Origin: Candidatus Latescibacterota bacterium
GTDB taxonomy: Bacteria; Latescibacterota; UBA2968; UBA8231
DNA: 64,000 bases
Direction of reading: 5' to 3'
Assembly (NCBI GenBank): GCA_965197905.1
Contig: CBDAOB010000005.1
Span: 1,600,001-1,664,000, forward strand
Shown here: positions 17,653 to 28,323 of the stretch, one piece after another
How the letters are laid out: each line of letters starts with the position of its first letter
Position numbering within the stretch: position 1 is the stretch's first letter
Made by a program: the position numbers and the translations under genes
The notes under the pieces: generated by a model
What the model was told of the DNA's origin: nothing
Databases searched by the model: none
What the model saw: only the letters and a program-made list of their open reading frames with translations

Positions 17653-20430
17653 TTAGTTGTGAGAACCGAGCAGATCGAGGCTGGCCTCCAGCTTGGCCAA
17701 GTTTGCCTCGTACTCATCGCGTCTCTTGTGTTCCTTAGCAACCACCTCAGGAGGCGCATTTTCGAGGAAACCCCGATTTCCCAGCTTGGCCTCCATGCCG
17801 CGCACCAAACCCTGAAATTTGGAGACCTCCTTTCGCAGGCGTTTGCGCTCCCCAGCCAGATCGATCAGTCCCTTGAGCGGAACAAAGACTGCGACGCCGC
17901 CTACGGAAGCGCTTCCAGATCCTGCGGGTTGTGGCAGACCGCGCCCGACCACAACCGACTCCGCCCTCACCAGATCCTCCAGGAGCCCGCGCTGTTCCGA
18001 GTAGACGCCAACCAGATCGTCCTCGGCACACGACAACACCAGCTCGATGCGTTTTCCCGGGGATATGTTCGATTCGCTGCGAATCGTGCGCACGGCGGTG
18101 ACCACGTGCTGCAACTGGCTCATCGTCGCCTCGGCCGCTTCATCCAGGTCGGCCAGTGGAAAGACAGGCCAGTCGCAGACCATCAAGCTGGCGGGGGCGG
18201 TCGAGTCCTTCGGCAGCGCCTGCCATAAAACCTCAGTAATAAACGGCATGATAGGATGCATCAGGCGCAAGGCAGTTTCAAGAACTTGAACCAGCATTGC
18301 TTGAGCATTCTGCCTGGACTCGGCAGCACCTCTTTGCAGGCTCGTCTTGCACATCTCAACGTACCAATCACAGTAGTCGCGCCACAAGAAATCATACACT
18401 GCCCGCGTCACCTCGCTCAGTTTGTAGCTATCCAGGGCGCTGTTTACGTCTCTAATCGTGCCAGCCATTCTGCTCCGGATCCAGCGATCGGCCAGAGCGT
18501 CCCCTGCACCGAATGCTCCCCCTCCCGGGGTGTAGTCCTGTAGATTCATTAGGACGAACCGAGCCGCGTTCCATAGCTTGTTACAGAAATTGCGTCCGTT
18601 CTCGGCACTGGGCGAGGACAGAACGATATTGTTCTCGACTTCGGCGTCGAAACGCACGTCCTGCGTGGATCCGACCTGGTGGAGCAGGCTGTAACGTGTC
18701 GCATCCGCTCCATAGAGGCGAACCAAATCCAGAGGATTGAGCCCGGTTCCCAAGCTCTTGCTCATCCGCTTGCCGTCTTTGGTCAACACGGTCGGATGCA
18801 CATATACGGTCTTGAACGGAATCTCCCCCACGAACTCCTCCGCGGTCATCACCATGCGAAGCACCCAGAGGTATAGTATGTCGCGACCGGTTATCATCAG
18901 ATCGGTGGGATGATAGTACTTCAGGTCTTCCGACTCTTGCGGCCAGCCCAGGGTTGCGAACGGCCACAGAGCGGAGGAGAACCAGGTGTCCAACACGTCC
19001 GGATCCTGCACCAGATCCGCGCCTCGGCATTCCGGGCACATTTCCGGCTTCTTGGCGCTGACAATCGCCTTGGCGCCGTTTTCGAGCCTCACCCGAAAGG
19101 TCCCTTCCCTCAATGCAGTCTCGTACGGAATATCGTCCAAAGGTAACAGCCCCTTCCGACTGCATCCGGTACAATACCACGCCGGAATTCGGTGCCCCCA
19201 CCAAATCTGTCGCGACAAGGCCCAGTCGCGAATGTTCTGCAACCACTCGACGGCATATCCCCGGAACCGATCGGGCAGATAAACGATCTCTTCGTTTTCC
19301 AGGATTGGCACGGTCTTCTCCGCCAAAACCTCCATGTTCATGAACCACTGTTCCATAGGCAGTGGTTCGATCACGGTGCCACACTTGTCGTGGTGCGGTA
19401 CGGCATGGAGGTGGTCCTCCACCTTGACGAGGAGACCCTCGCGCCGCAGGGCCTCCACGACCGCCTCGCGACAAGCGTACCGGTCCAGACCAGAGAAATC
19501 GCCCGCGGCCGGCGTCATGGTCCCATCGAAATCGATGACCTGTATCTGTTCCAATCCGTGCCGCTCACCCACCTCGTAATCATTGGGATCGTGCGCTGGC
19601 GTCACTTTGACGGCACCGCTCCCCATCCGCGGGTCGGCGTACTCGTCAGCCACGATCGGTAGCGGCCGCGCCATCAGCGGCAGCTCAACCGATTTGCCGA
19701 CGGCGTCTTTCCAACGCGTGTCGTCGGGATGCACTGCCACCCCACTGTCTCCCAGCATTGTTTCGGGTCGCGTAGTAGCCACCACCACCTGCCGCCCGCC
19801 ATCGACCCCGGGATAAGAGATGTGCCACAGATGCCCTTGGAGCTCGAGCTCCTCCGTTTCCAGATCGGAGATTACGGTGCGACAGTTTGGGCACCAATTT
19901 ATCATGCGCCGACCGCGGTAGATCCAACCCCGCTCGTAGAACTGCTGAAACGCCTTCAACACCGCTTGTTCGTACCGATCGTCCAGGGTAAATCGCGCCC
20001 GCTCCCAGTCGTAGCTACATCCCAACTTTCTCAGCTGGTCGTATATGGTCGTGCCGTACCGTTCCTTCCATTGCCAGACCCGCTCTACAAGGTTCTCGCG
20101 CCCAAGATCATATCGATTCTTGCCTTCGGTCCGCGCCAGCTCAGCCTCCACCTTCATCTGGGTGGCTATACCCGCATGGTCGGTTCCCGGTAGGCAGAGG
20201 GTCTCGTACCCTTGCATCCGCTTCCACCGTATTACCATGTCGTGGATGGCATGCTGAATGGCGTGTCCCATGTGCAGCTCGCCGGTCACGTTGGGCGGTG
20301 GAATCGTTATGGAGAAAGCGCTTTTACCTGGATTGACCCTTGAGCGAAAGTATCCACTTTCTTCCCAAACCCGGTACCAGCGGTCTTCGGATGTCGCGGG
20401 ATCAAATATCTTTGGGATCAGCTCGCTCAT
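17653..20430 (-). CDS. valS: Valyl-tRNA synthetase
   Basis: PPPNVTGELHMGH, RMSKS, SRQIWWGHRIP motifs and C-terminal coiled coil. Confidence 0.98.
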   Translation of the reverse strand: MSELIPKIFDPATSEDRWYRVWEESGYFRSRVNPGKSAFSITIPPPNVTGELHMGHAIQHAIHDMVIRWKRMQGYETLCLPGTDHAGIATQMKVEAELARTEGKNRYDLGRENLVERVWQWKERYGTTIYDQLRKLGCSYDWERARFTLDDRYEQAVLKAFQQFYERGWIYRGRRMINWCPNCRTVISDLETEELELQGHLWHISYPGVDGGRQVVVATTRPETMLGDSGVAVHPDDTRWKDAVGKSVELPLMARPLPIVADEYADPRMGSGAVKVTPAHDPNDYEVGERHGLEQIQVIDFDGTMTPAAGDFSGLDRYACREAVVEALRREGLLVKVEDHLHAVPHHDKCGTVIEPLPMEQWFMNMEVLAEKTVPILENEEIVYLPDRFRGYAVEWLQNIRDWALSRQIWWGHRIPAWYCTGCSRKGLLPLDDIPYETALREGTFRVRLENGAKAIVSAKKPEMCPECRGADLVQDPDVLDTWFSSALWPFATLGWPQESEDLKYYHPTDLMITGRDILYLWVLRMVMTAEEFVGEIPFKTVYVHPTVLTKDGKRMSKSLGTGLNPLDLVRLYGADATRYSLLHQVGSTQDVRFDAEVENNIVLSSPSAENGRNFCNKLWNAARFVLMNLQDYTPGGGAFGAGDALADRWIRSRMAGTIRDVNSALDSYKLSEVTRAVYDFLWRDYCDWYVEMCKTSLQRGAAESRQNAQAMLVQVLETALRLMHPIMPFITEVLWQALPKDSTAPASLMVCDWPVFPLADLDEAAEATMSQLQHVVTAVRTIRSESNISPGKRIELVLSCAEDDLVGVYSEQRGLLEDLVRAESVVVGRGLPQPAGSGSASVGGVAVFVPLKGLIDLAGERKRLRKEVSKFQGLVRGMEAKLGNRGFLENAPPEVVAKEHKRRDEYEANLAKLEASLDLLGSHN

Positions 20431-20573
20431 CGGGATGTAACTAGGTTGAATATGAATGATTTAATGCCGATTCAGTCAAATATAGGAGGGGGGTTCTACA
20501 TTGACAATGGGATATAGCTGGACCTGATTTTGCTCATGACAAGCCAGGAATTTTCCCTTCTGAAAAAGAGCAC

Positions 20574-20705
20574 ATGAGCAGACCCTTAAGTTTCTGTCTT
20601 CGAGGAGTCGGCGTCTTCCTCGGACTCTTCGCTTCCATCATGGCGATCGTCTTCGCGACCTTCGCGGTTCCCGTACTGCTTCTTCTTCTTCTGTGGGTAA
20701 CGTAG
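20574..20705 (+). CDS. Putative 43-aa hydrophobic small protein
   Basis: MSRPLSFCLRGVGVFLGLFASIMAIVFATFAVPVLLLLLLWVT; TTGACA at 20501 upstream. Confidence 0.5.
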   Translation: MSRPLSFCLRGVGVFLGLFASIMAIVFATFAVPVLLLLLLWVT

Positions 20706-20854
20706 ACGACAGTGCCACTTCTTCCCCGGCGCTAGGAAAATAGTTCCCTGTCAACGGTTTCCCGACCACTTTCCGCTTTACAGATCAATACCTTCCAGGA
20801 TTTATTAGGACTGCCGTTAAGCTGGTCCTTCACGGTAATTAACAGCGGGAAGAT

Positions 20855-21769
20855 ATGGCAGACTGGTCTCGGTTGACGACCGAACAGAGAAACCCTGCGA
20901 GCGAGTCCATAGACGAGATCTCTACGCTGGAGATGTTGCATGTCATCTCGGCTGAGGACGCGAAGGTTGCCCCCGCCCTGCGGCGCGAGCTTCCTGCCGT
21001 TGCGGCGGCGGTAGACGCGGTGACGGAAGCCATGACGCAGAACGGCCGCCTGGTCTATGTCGGAGCCGGCACCAGCGGTCGGCTCGGCATTCTCGATGCC
21101 GCCGAATGCCCGCCGACCTTCGGCACCGATCCAGGTGCAGTACAGGGCGTCATCGCCGGTGGCTCGAAAGCCGTTTTTCGTTCCGTGGAGGGGGCCGAGG
21201 ACGATCGCTATGCAGCAGCAGATGCTCTGCGCAAACTAAATCTTTCTCCCCCAGACGTTCTCGTTGGCATCGCTGCCAGTGGCGTTACCCCCTTCGTGCT
21301 GGAAGGTCTCGCGTTTGCACGCAGCAGAAAATGCGCCACTATTCTCTTCTCATGCAGCCCAGGCGCAGCTGCTTCGGTCGATGCCGACATCAAGGTTATT
21401 CCGCTGGTGGGGCCCGAGGTCATCACCGGCTCGACGCGCATGAAGGCCGGCACGGCAACGAAGCTCTTTCTCAACATGCTTTCCACGGCGACCATGGTAA
21501 AGTTGGGCAAGACGTTCGGAAATCTGATGGTGGATCTGAAACCTTGGAACGCCAAGCTGAGAGACCGCTCGGCGCGCATTCTCTCGACCCTTGCGAACGT
21601 GGAGATTGAGGTGGCAGAGCGAACGCTGAAAAACTCGGAAGGTGATTTGAAGACTGCGCTGGTTATGGAGTTGTGCAAGGTCGATATCTCAACGGCTCGA
21701 GATCTGTTGGAGGAAAATATGGGAATGGTCAAAGCGGCCGTGAGAAACCGAACAAACTCGGAGGATTAA
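20855..21769 (+). CDS. murQ: N-acetylmuramic acid 6-phosphate etherase
   Basis: TEQRNP, GAGTSGRLGILDAAECPPTF and GPEVITGSTRMKAGTA motifs. Confidence 0.97.
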   Translation: MADWSRLTTEQRNPASESIDEISTLEMLHVISAEDAKVAPALRRELPAVAAAVDAVTEAMTQNGRLVYVGAGTSGRLGILDAAECPPTFGTDPGAVQGVIAGGSKAVFRSVEGAEDDRYAAADALRKLNLSPPDVLVGIAASGVTPFVLEGLAFARSRKCATILFSCSPGAAASVDADIKVIPLVGPEVITGSTRMKAGTATKLFLNMLSTATMVKLGKTFGNLMVDLKPWNAKLRDRSARILSTLANVEIEVAERTLKNSEGDLKTALVMELCKVDISTARDLLEENMGMVKAAVRNRTNSED

Positions 21770-21770
21770 C

Positions 21771-22703
21771 GTGGAACTGCGGCAGCTTGGAGACACCGAG
21801 ATCCGCCTGTCCCCACTAGGATTGGGCACGGTTGAAATTGGCATGCCGTATGGCATCGGGAAACCGGCCCCACCTCCGGACGAGGAATGTATCGCGTTGT
21901 TGCATAGGGCAGTAGAACGCGGCATAAACTACATTGATACCGCCTCTGTTTACGGTCGCAGCGAGGAGATTGTCGGCAAAGCCTTCGCCCACTTCGAAGG
22001 CCCCCCCTTGATCGCCACCAAAGTAAACCTCCGCCCCGATCAGAGCCCTCCACCGACCCGCGGCCACCTTCGGACCTACGTAGAGGAGAGTGTCCAGCTG
22101 AGCCTTAAACAGCTTTACGCAGAATCCCTGGACTTGCTGCAATTGCACAACGCCCTCGATGAGGATCTCACGCCAGACCTCCTGGAGATCATGGTTGATT
22201 TACAGGAGCGCGGACTCGTGAAATATCTAGGGGCTACAACCTACGGGGAAGATGCACCGGCCCGAGTGTTGGAGCTATCTGATCATTTTCGCATCCTTCA
22301 AGTCGCCTACAATGTACTCGACCGTCGCCTGGAAAAACAGATTTTGCCACTTGCGAAAAAATTAGGCGTGGGCCTCGCGGTCAGATCGGTTTTCCTTCAA
22401 GGGGCCCTGTCCGACCGCGCGACCACGCTGCCCGACGATGTCGCGGATCTTCGCAACGCGGTGGCGCAGGTGCACGAGATCGCCGCAGCAGCAGGCATAT
22501 CTTTGACCGCGTTAGCCTTGCGTTATGTCGCGTTCAATCCCGATACCTATATTACGTTGTTTGGCACCACCAGCTTCGATGAGCTCGACGCCAACATTGC
22601 CGCGTATGAGCAAGGCCCCTTGCCGACGGATGTCCTTGAAGCATTGAACTCCATCGGGCAGCTCGACGAATACTACCTGAACCCGGGAGCATGGAATCCA
22701 TAA
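21771..22703 (+). CDS. Aldo/keto reductase
   Basis: LGLGT, IDTASVYGRSE, ATK and LDLLQLH motifs. Confidence 0.92.
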   Translation: MELRQLGDTEIRLSPLGLGTVEIGMPYGIGKPAPPPDEECIALLHRAVERGINYIDTASVYGRSEEIVGKAFAHFEGPPLIATKVNLRPDQSPPPTRGHLRTYVEESVQLSLKQLYAESLDLLQLHNALDEDLTPDLLEIMVDLQERGLVKYLGATTYGEDAPARVLELSDHFRILQVAYNVLDRRLEKQILPLAKKLGVGLAVRSVFLQGALSDRATTLPDDVADLRNAVAQVHEIAAAAGISLTALALRYVAFNPDTYITLFGTTSFDELDANIAAYEQGPLPTDVLEALNSIGQLDEYYLNPGAWNP

Positions 22704-22738
22704 ACGTCACGGCGGCCAGAAACGAAAAATCGATTGAT

Positions 22739-23140
22739 ATGCGAGAGATAGGCTATCTGTCTTGGGGTATGATACCGGTCGACGATAATCCGACCACAGG
22801 AGAGATCACGAGCAGCAACCCCCCGATGTTACCTCCCATAGCACTGGACAAGAATGTCAGTCTCGTCTTCCAGTTCTCCTCGGTACCGCCCAAGCTCTCC
22901 GTCGAGCTGGAGGTGACCGCCTTATCGTCCAGTGCCGCGGGCGACGCGCCATTGGAGTTTTTCACCGGCTCGAGCTCAAGCCGATACAGGTCTATAACTG
23001 CGGGAGACTGGAACCTCAACGCCGCAGGACTAACCATCAAGTGCAGCACCGAAATCAGCGGCGTCGAAAGCTATGTGAAGATCTATCGACCCGACAATCC
23101 GGCCCTCGTTATCAACAGGATAACCTTTTTCGCCCCATGA
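22739..23140 (+). CDS. Hypothetical protein (beta-rich)
   Basis: Co-oriented ORF filling the gap; ATGA overlap with the next gene. Confidence 0.6.
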   Translation: MREIGYLSWGMIPVDDNPTTGEITSSNPPMLPPIALDKNVSLVFQFSSVPPKLSVELEVTALSSSAAGDAPLEFFTGSSSSRYRSITAGDWNLNAAGLTIKCSTEISGVESYVKIYRPDNPALVINRITFFAP

Positions 23141-24228
23141 CAGAGCTTATCGGAGTAGAGAAGGACCAGCTCGACACTCCAGCCCTTCTGGTCGACCTCG
23201 ATCTTTTTGAAGCTAACGTCCGAACACTGGCCAAGGCATGCTCCGATAACAGCGTCGCCTGGCGACCACACTCAAAGGCTCACAAATCTCCCGAGGTTGC
23301 CCGCCTCCAGATAGAAGCGGGCGCCCACGGCATTATTTGTGCCAAACTGAGCGAAGCCGAGGTGATGGTCGAGCATGAAATCGACAACATCCTCATAGCC
23401 AACGAGATAGTTACCCCCGCCAAACTGCGCAGGATCGCTGCCCTGCAGCGTCGGGCTACGGTAGTGTGTAACGTCGAGGCAATCGAGGTTGTCGATCTGA
23501 TTTCCGCTGCCGCAGCCGCCGAAGGTGAAACCATACCGGTATACATCGAGATGGACAACGGAATGAATCGCACCGGCGTCGATCCGGGCGAACCGACCCT
23601 CCGACTGGCGCAGAAGATCGAGACGACCGACCGGGTTTACTTGGCCGGCATGATGGGGTACGAGGGACAGGTATTGGACCTGAAACCGCTGGAGAAGAAA
23701 ACAGCGGCCTGCCATCAGGCCCTTGCTCTCTTGGTCGAAACCCACGACCTCCTTGCCGCCAACGGGATCGAGGTGGACATTGTGAGCGCTGGCGGTACAG
23801 GCTGTTACCCTATTACCGTTGCTTACCCTGGCATCACCGAATTACAAGCCGGCGGCGGGATTTTCATGGACCTCTTCTATCGAGACGAATGTTTGATCGA
23901 CGAGCTACACCTTGCGCTTACAGTTCTAACTACCGTTGTCAGCCGCCACCCACACCACATCGTCGTGGATGGGGGTTTCAAGACCATGTGCCAGAACCCA
24001 AAGCCCAGCCCAATCGACCACGACGAGCTGGAGTTGCGCGGCCTCTCTGCGGAACACGGCATCTTCAATGTCAAACAAGGGCGAACAGCTCCCAAGCTGG
24101 GAGATCGCATCGAATTCAATGTAGGATATAGCGATTCCACGAATTTCCTGCACAACCAGTTTGTCTGTATACGCAACGATCGAGTGGAAAGGGTCTGGCC
24201 CCTGTTGGGACGCGGCAAGCTGACCTGA
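23137..24228 (+). CDS. DSD1 / D-threonine aldolase-like PLP enzyme (alanine racemase fold)
   Basis: LDTPALLVD, RPHSKAHK, MNRTGV, GYEG and SAEHG motifs. Confidence 0.9.
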   Translation: MTELIGVEKDQLDTPALLVDLDLFEANVRTLAKACSDNSVAWRPHSKAHKSPEVARLQIEAGAHGIICAKLSEAEVMVEHEIDNILIANEIVTPAKLRRIAALQRRATVVCNVEAIEVVDLISAAAAAEGETIPVYIEMDNGMNRTGVDPGEPTLRLAQKIETTDRVYLAGMMGYEGQVLDLKPLEKKTAACHQALALLVETHDLLAANGIEVDIVSAGGTGCYPITVAYPGITELQAGGGIFMDLFYRDECLIDELHLALTVLTTVVSRHPHHIVVDGGFKTMCQNPKPSPIDHDELELRGLSAEHGIFNVKQGRTAPKLGDRIEFNVGYSDSTNFLHNQFVCIRNDRVERVWPLLGRGKLT

Positions 24229-24240
24229 ATCTCTGTTCAA

Positions 24241-25395
24241 ATGAATCTGCTTCTAGTATCGGTTGACAGCCTGCGGCTCGATTCCGTCTCCCGCACCAAT
24301 ACGCGCATTCGCACCCCGCGTTTCGATCACTGCGCGGACGAATTCTGCTTCTACGATCGCCTTTTCTCCGTGTCATCTGCCACCCGGCCTGTACACACCA
24401 GCCTCTTCACCGGTCTTTATCCGTTCGAACACGGCATCGAGGGGCAGCAGTACCGCCACATGCGCCAAGGCGTACCGAATCTGTTGGACCTTTTTTCTCA
24501 ACACGGATATCTAGTGGGCGCGTATTCGGAAGTTCCGGAGATTTTTTTTGGGCTGGATTTCAGCATCCAACCCATGGACGATCTTCCCGGACTGCTGGCG
24601 ACCACTCCGAGCGATCCGACGTTTCTCTTCCTTCACTACTGGCAAACCCACGTGCCCTACGGCGCCCGTGACAGCCGCGCACATGGGCAGACCCTGGAGT
24701 TACTGAGAGGCGGCGATCAGGCCACGGTGCGGTCGCGATATGAAACGGCTGTGCAACGTGTCTTCGAGGACTCCATTGCCCAAGTACTGGCAGGACTCGA
24801 CCTGAGTAGATGGTGCATTTTTATCTTTGGCGACCACGGAGAGAGTTGGACCCACGAGGAGCCGTATCATGGTTTGACTCTGCGCAATTCCGTGTTGCGG
24901 GTTCCGTTGTATCTGCACATTCCCAACAGTGGTAATTCCCTGCCCCCCCGCAAGTTGCTATCCATTGTTGATTTTTTTCCGACCCTGACCGGTCTATTCC
25001 AGTTGCCCAACCAGTACCTGGGTTTTGGTCTCGACATGCGCCAGGAGCAAGCCTCCGACTATTACCTGGCGGAGATCGATCCGCTAGCCGACAACTCGGT
25101 CATTGCGAACGTCCCCGACGAACTACTCATCGGACGCGGTGGACGCGGTCGCCAGTGGGCATTGTTCAACCCTGCTGTGAAGTTGACTCACTACGAGAAA
25201 GCGGGATCTGATCGACTAGAGCACACCTTCGACGAGCAGTCGATTGAAAACCCGCAATTGGTGCGCCAGATGCACGCGGCGTTCGGTGTTTTGCGCGCAG
25301 AGTCGAGCTACGTGCGACATAACATTCCGGAGGGTTCTATGGACGAAGATCTGTTGCTCGATCAGCGTTTGCGGGATCTGGGCTATCTGACCTGA
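24241..25395 (+). CDS. Sulfatase-like hydrolase/transferase (alkaline phosphatase superfamily)
   Basis: VDSLRLD, TRPVHTSLFTG, THVPY, GDHGE and C-terminal LRDLGY. Confidence 0.85.
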   Translation: MNLLLVSVDSLRLDSVSRTNTRIRTPRFDHCADEFCFYDRLFSVSSATRPVHTSLFTGLYPFEHGIEGQQYRHMRQGVPNLLDLFSQHGYLVGAYSEVPEIFFGLDFSIQPMDDLPGLLATTPSDPTFLFLHYWQTHVPYGARDSRAHGQTLELLRGGDQATVRSRYETAVQRVFEDSIAQVLAGLDLSRWCIFIFGDHGESWTHEEPYHGLTLRNSVLRVPLYLHIPNSGNSLPPRKLLSIVDFFPTLTGLFQLPNQYLGFGLDMRQEQASDYYLAEIDPLADNSVIANVPDELLIGRGGRGRQWALFNPAVKLTHYEKAGSDRLEHTFDEQSIENPQLVRQMHAAFGVLRAESSYVRHNIPEGSMDEDLLLDQRLRDLGYLT

Positions 25396-25425
25396 AGCGG
25401 CAGACTGAATTCTTCAGCGTGATAC

Positions 25426-26040
25426 TCAGGATTGAAGATGCCGATCGATAATTTGGTGGTACTCCGGGCCCAATTCGCCGCCCAACTTCGCCCAGCGGTC
25501 GCGATACGAACCGTGGTCAAAATCAGGCACGAATCCCATCTTCAGATATAGTTTTACGGCGGCCACACGGAAATCGTCGGTCATGAGAAATATCGGTCTG
25601 GGTGGCTGTGTCAGGGCCGTCTCAACCGCCGCGGCGGTGACATGCCAGGCAAGCCCCAGACCCCGGTGGTCGGGGTCGGTGACGACCCAACCTATCTCCC
25701 AACAGGACCTTCCCCGCTTCTCGCTATCGTAGAGACCGGCTCCCGCAATCAGGGTCTCGTCCATGGTCGCGAAGAATTGTCCGTCTGGAAGCAGTGCGCT
25801 GAGAAGCACTTTCTCGATGCGGGCAACGGTCCAAACCCCGAGCTCGCTGGAATCATTTAGCAGCTCCGCCCAGGCAGATTCATCCCCGTCCCGATACGTC
25901 CGCAGCCGGCACCCCTCCTTCAACCTCCGAACTGCGGGCGGAGTCGCGTGCGGGTACCACATCAGTAACTGTGGTCGTTCGTTGTCCTTCTTTCCCAACC
26001 CCAGCAGGCTTCTCGCAAGATTTCTGGCGCTACCCAGCAT
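25426..26040 (-). CDS. GNAT family N-acetyltransferase
   Basis: VVTDPDHRGLGLA and AVKLYLKMGF motifs. Confidence 0.85.
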   Translation of the reverse strand: MLGSARNLARSLLGLGKKDNERPQLLMWYPHATPPAVRRLKEGCRLRTYRDGDESAWAELLNDSSELGVWTVARIEKVLLSALLPDGQFFATMDETLIAGAGLYDSEKRGRSCWEIGWVVTDPDHRGLGLAWHVTAAAVETALTQPPRPIFLMTDDFRVAAVKLYLKMGFVPDFDHGSYRDRWAKLGGELGPEYHQIIDRHLQS

Positions 26041-26443
26041 GGCCCTGGCGGTAGAGCGAGGATTTGAACTTATCGGGAAAATGTGGTTTGAGCACGGTGA
26101 TCTTGCAGTGGGGCATCGCCTCCGCCAACCCCTTGGGCGCGCGCTGATCGTATCCGAGAGCGATGACATCCGGATCGATTTCTCCGACAATGCGAAGGAA
26201 GTCGGGTCCGGGATGCCCTAAGTGAGCGCAATCGACCACTTCGACGCCAGCCACCATGTTGCGACGCTCGTCTTCGTCGTGATCGGGGAGAACCCCTTTC
26301 AACCGTTTGACATTCTCATCGCGAGCTATGACGACATGGAGTTCGGTGCCCAGTTCCGCCGCCTGCTCCAGGAACGAGACGTGGCCAAGGTGCAGGTAGT
26401 CGAAGGTGCCGCAGCACAAGACCCGCGTTCGAGCCGTTGTCAT
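26030..26443 (-). CDS. Cytidylyltransferase-family protein (RibL-type FAD synthase-like)
   Basis: GTFDYLHLGH, IARD, ALGYDQ and KSS motifs. Confidence 0.85.
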   Translation of the reverse strand: MTTARTRVLCCGTFDYLHLGHVSFLEQAAELGTELHVVIARDENVKRLKGVLPDHDEDERRNMVAGVEVVDCAHLGHPGPDFLRIVGEIDPDVIALGYDQRAPKGLAEAMPHCKITVLKPHFPDKFKSSLYRQGHAG

Positions 26444-26448
26444 GTTGT

Positions 26449-26874
26449 TCAGTAGGACTCCTGTGAGCGCCTATCGATCCAGTAGTCCAGTCCCCTGTCC
26501 TCTTTGAGCAATCTACCGAACCGCTCGGCTTCCCAGCGCGAACCGAAATAACCGATGCGGACCCTCACCCCCTTGCTTCCTGGATTGGCGATAGCGTAGG
26601 CAGGGTACCCAGCGGAACTGAGTTCGCTTACGATCTTGCCGGCAATCCGGGCGTTCTCGTACAGGCCTATCTGAACCGTAAATTCCCCTTCGGGCTCGTA
26701 CATGATCAGCAAGGTAGAGTCGGCGTTCACAACACCGCCCGCGCTCGCCGTCTCCTGTTCGATGACGACGATTTCGCTTCTCCCGGACCTCCCCTGCAGC
26801 CCTAGCTCGTCGTCCACGCCTTCCGGCTCCTCCTCGTTCCCACAGGCGCTCCAGAAGACTGCCAGAAACAACAT
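26449..26874 (-). CDS. SPOR-domain lipoprotein (start uncertain)
   Basis: WSAC lipobox-like; FTVQIGLY...RVRIGYF SPOR pattern. Confidence 0.8.
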   Translation of the reverse strand: MLFLAVFWSACGNEEEPEGVDDELGLQGRSGRSEIVVIEQETASAGGVVNADSTLLIMYEPEGEFTVQIGLYENARIAGKIVSELSSAGYPAYAIANPGSKGVRVRIGYFGSRWEAERFGRLLKEDRGLDYWIDRRSQESY

Positions 26875-26935
26875 GCCGACTCTGGGCCCGGAAGGAACCT
26901 TCGGCGTGCGTTGCCGACGAGGTTCGGTCCCGTGG

Positions 26936-28249
26936 TTAGTGGATCGCCTTGAGCGCATCGTAGTGTGCGGTGAGTGTCCGCTCGATGTCCCGATCGGAAT
27001 GAACCGCCGAAACGAACCAACATTCGAATTGCGAAGGGGCCAGATACACCCCGCGCTCAAGCATCTCCCAGAAGAAGAGCTTGAACAACTCAAGGTCGGA
27101 CGAGGCGGCCGAGTCGTAATCAGTTACCTCGGCGTCGGTAAAAAACTGGCACATCATGGCGCCGACCCCGTTTACAGTGTAGTTAAGGCCGAGCTTGCGA
27201 AGGTTGTCCACCATGCCGGATCGTAGGAGATCTGCTTTCCTTTCGAGTTCGACATAGGTTTCCCCCTCCCCCAACATACGCAGCTGTTCCAACCCGGCGG
27301 ACATGGCCAGCGGATTGCCGGCCAGAGTGCCCGCCTGGGAAATCTTTTTCCCCAACGGTGCAAGATCGGTCATAATCCGACTTTTGCCACCGTATGCACC
27401 AACGGGCAAACCACCGCCGACGATTTTACCTAGACAGGTCATATCGGGCTCAACCTCAAGCCGCTCTTGTGCGCCCCCCGGGGCCACCCTGAAGCCGGTA
27501 ATGACCTCGTCGAAGATCAGGATGATATCGTTCTCGTCGGCGAGGTTCCGCAAGCCGGCGAGATAACCCTCCCGGGGCGGTATCGTGCCCATGTTCCCAG
27601 CCACCGGCTCGACGATAATAGCTGCAATCTCTCCACGGTACTCGACCACCGCCTCCGCCACCGCAGAGATATCGTTGTACGGAAGGGCGATGGTATTTTC
27701 CGCGATCCCGCGAGGTACGCCAGGGCTGTCCGGCGCCCCAAGGGTCAGTGCCGACGAACCCGCCTTGATGAGAAAGCTATCGCCATGACCGTGCCAACAC
27801 CCTTCGAACTTTATCACCCTGTCCCTGCCGGTCGAGCCCCTGGCAAGCCTGATGGCCGCCATGGTCGCCTCGGTTCCCGAGTTGACCATACGCACCATCT
27901 CGATGGAAGGAACCATATCAATTATCTGTCGGGCGAGCGCCGTTTCAATCTCTGTCGGCGCCCCAAAGCTGGTTCCTTTCTTACACGCTTCCTCGACGGC
28001 ACTCACCACTCGTGGATGCGCGTGGCCAAAAATCAGAGGACCCCAGGAACAGACGTAGTCGACGTATTCATTGCCGTCGATGTCAAACAGGTGCGATCCG
28101 CTGCCGTGACTTATAAACAGCGGCCCTCTGCCTACGGCGCCGAAAGCGCGCGCCGGGCTGTTGACACCGCCCGGAATCACCTCCTGAGCCTCGGAGAACG
28201 ACTTCCTCGACCTGATCCCGGGATAATTGGGTTCAATTGGAGGGTTCAT
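26936..28249 (-). CDS. hemL: Glutamate-1-semialdehyde 2,1-aminomutase
   Basis: PGGVNSPARAF, NSGTEATM, DEVITGFR, GKIVGGGLP and PSQFE motifs. Confidence 0.97.
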   Translation of the reverse strand: MNPPIEPNYPGIRSRKSFSEAQEVIPGGVNSPARAFGAVGRGPLFISHGSGSHLFDIDGNEYVDYVCSWGPLIFGHAHPRVVSAVEEACKKGTSFGAPTEIETALARQIIDMVPSIEMVRMVNSGTEATMAAIRLARGSTGRDRVIKFEGCWHGHGDSFLIKAGSSALTLGAPDSPGVPRGIAENTIALPYNDISAVAEAVVEYRGEIAAIIVEPVAGNMGTIPPREGYLAGLRNLADENDIILIFDEVITGFRVAPGGAQERLEVEPDMTCLGKIVGGGLPVGAYGGKSRIMTDLAPLGKKISQAGTLAGNPLAMSAGLEQLRMLGEGETYVELERKADLLRSGMVDNLRKLGLNYTVNGVGAMMCQFFTDAEVTDYDSAASSDLELFKLFFWEMLERGVYLAPSQFECWFVSAVHSDRDIERTLTAHYDALKAIH

Positions 28250-28323
28250 GCAGATTCAGCTTGCTCCCGATCGGACGTTGACGTTTAATTTCAATGTAAC
28301 CGGAATGTTGGACTGGGATAATA

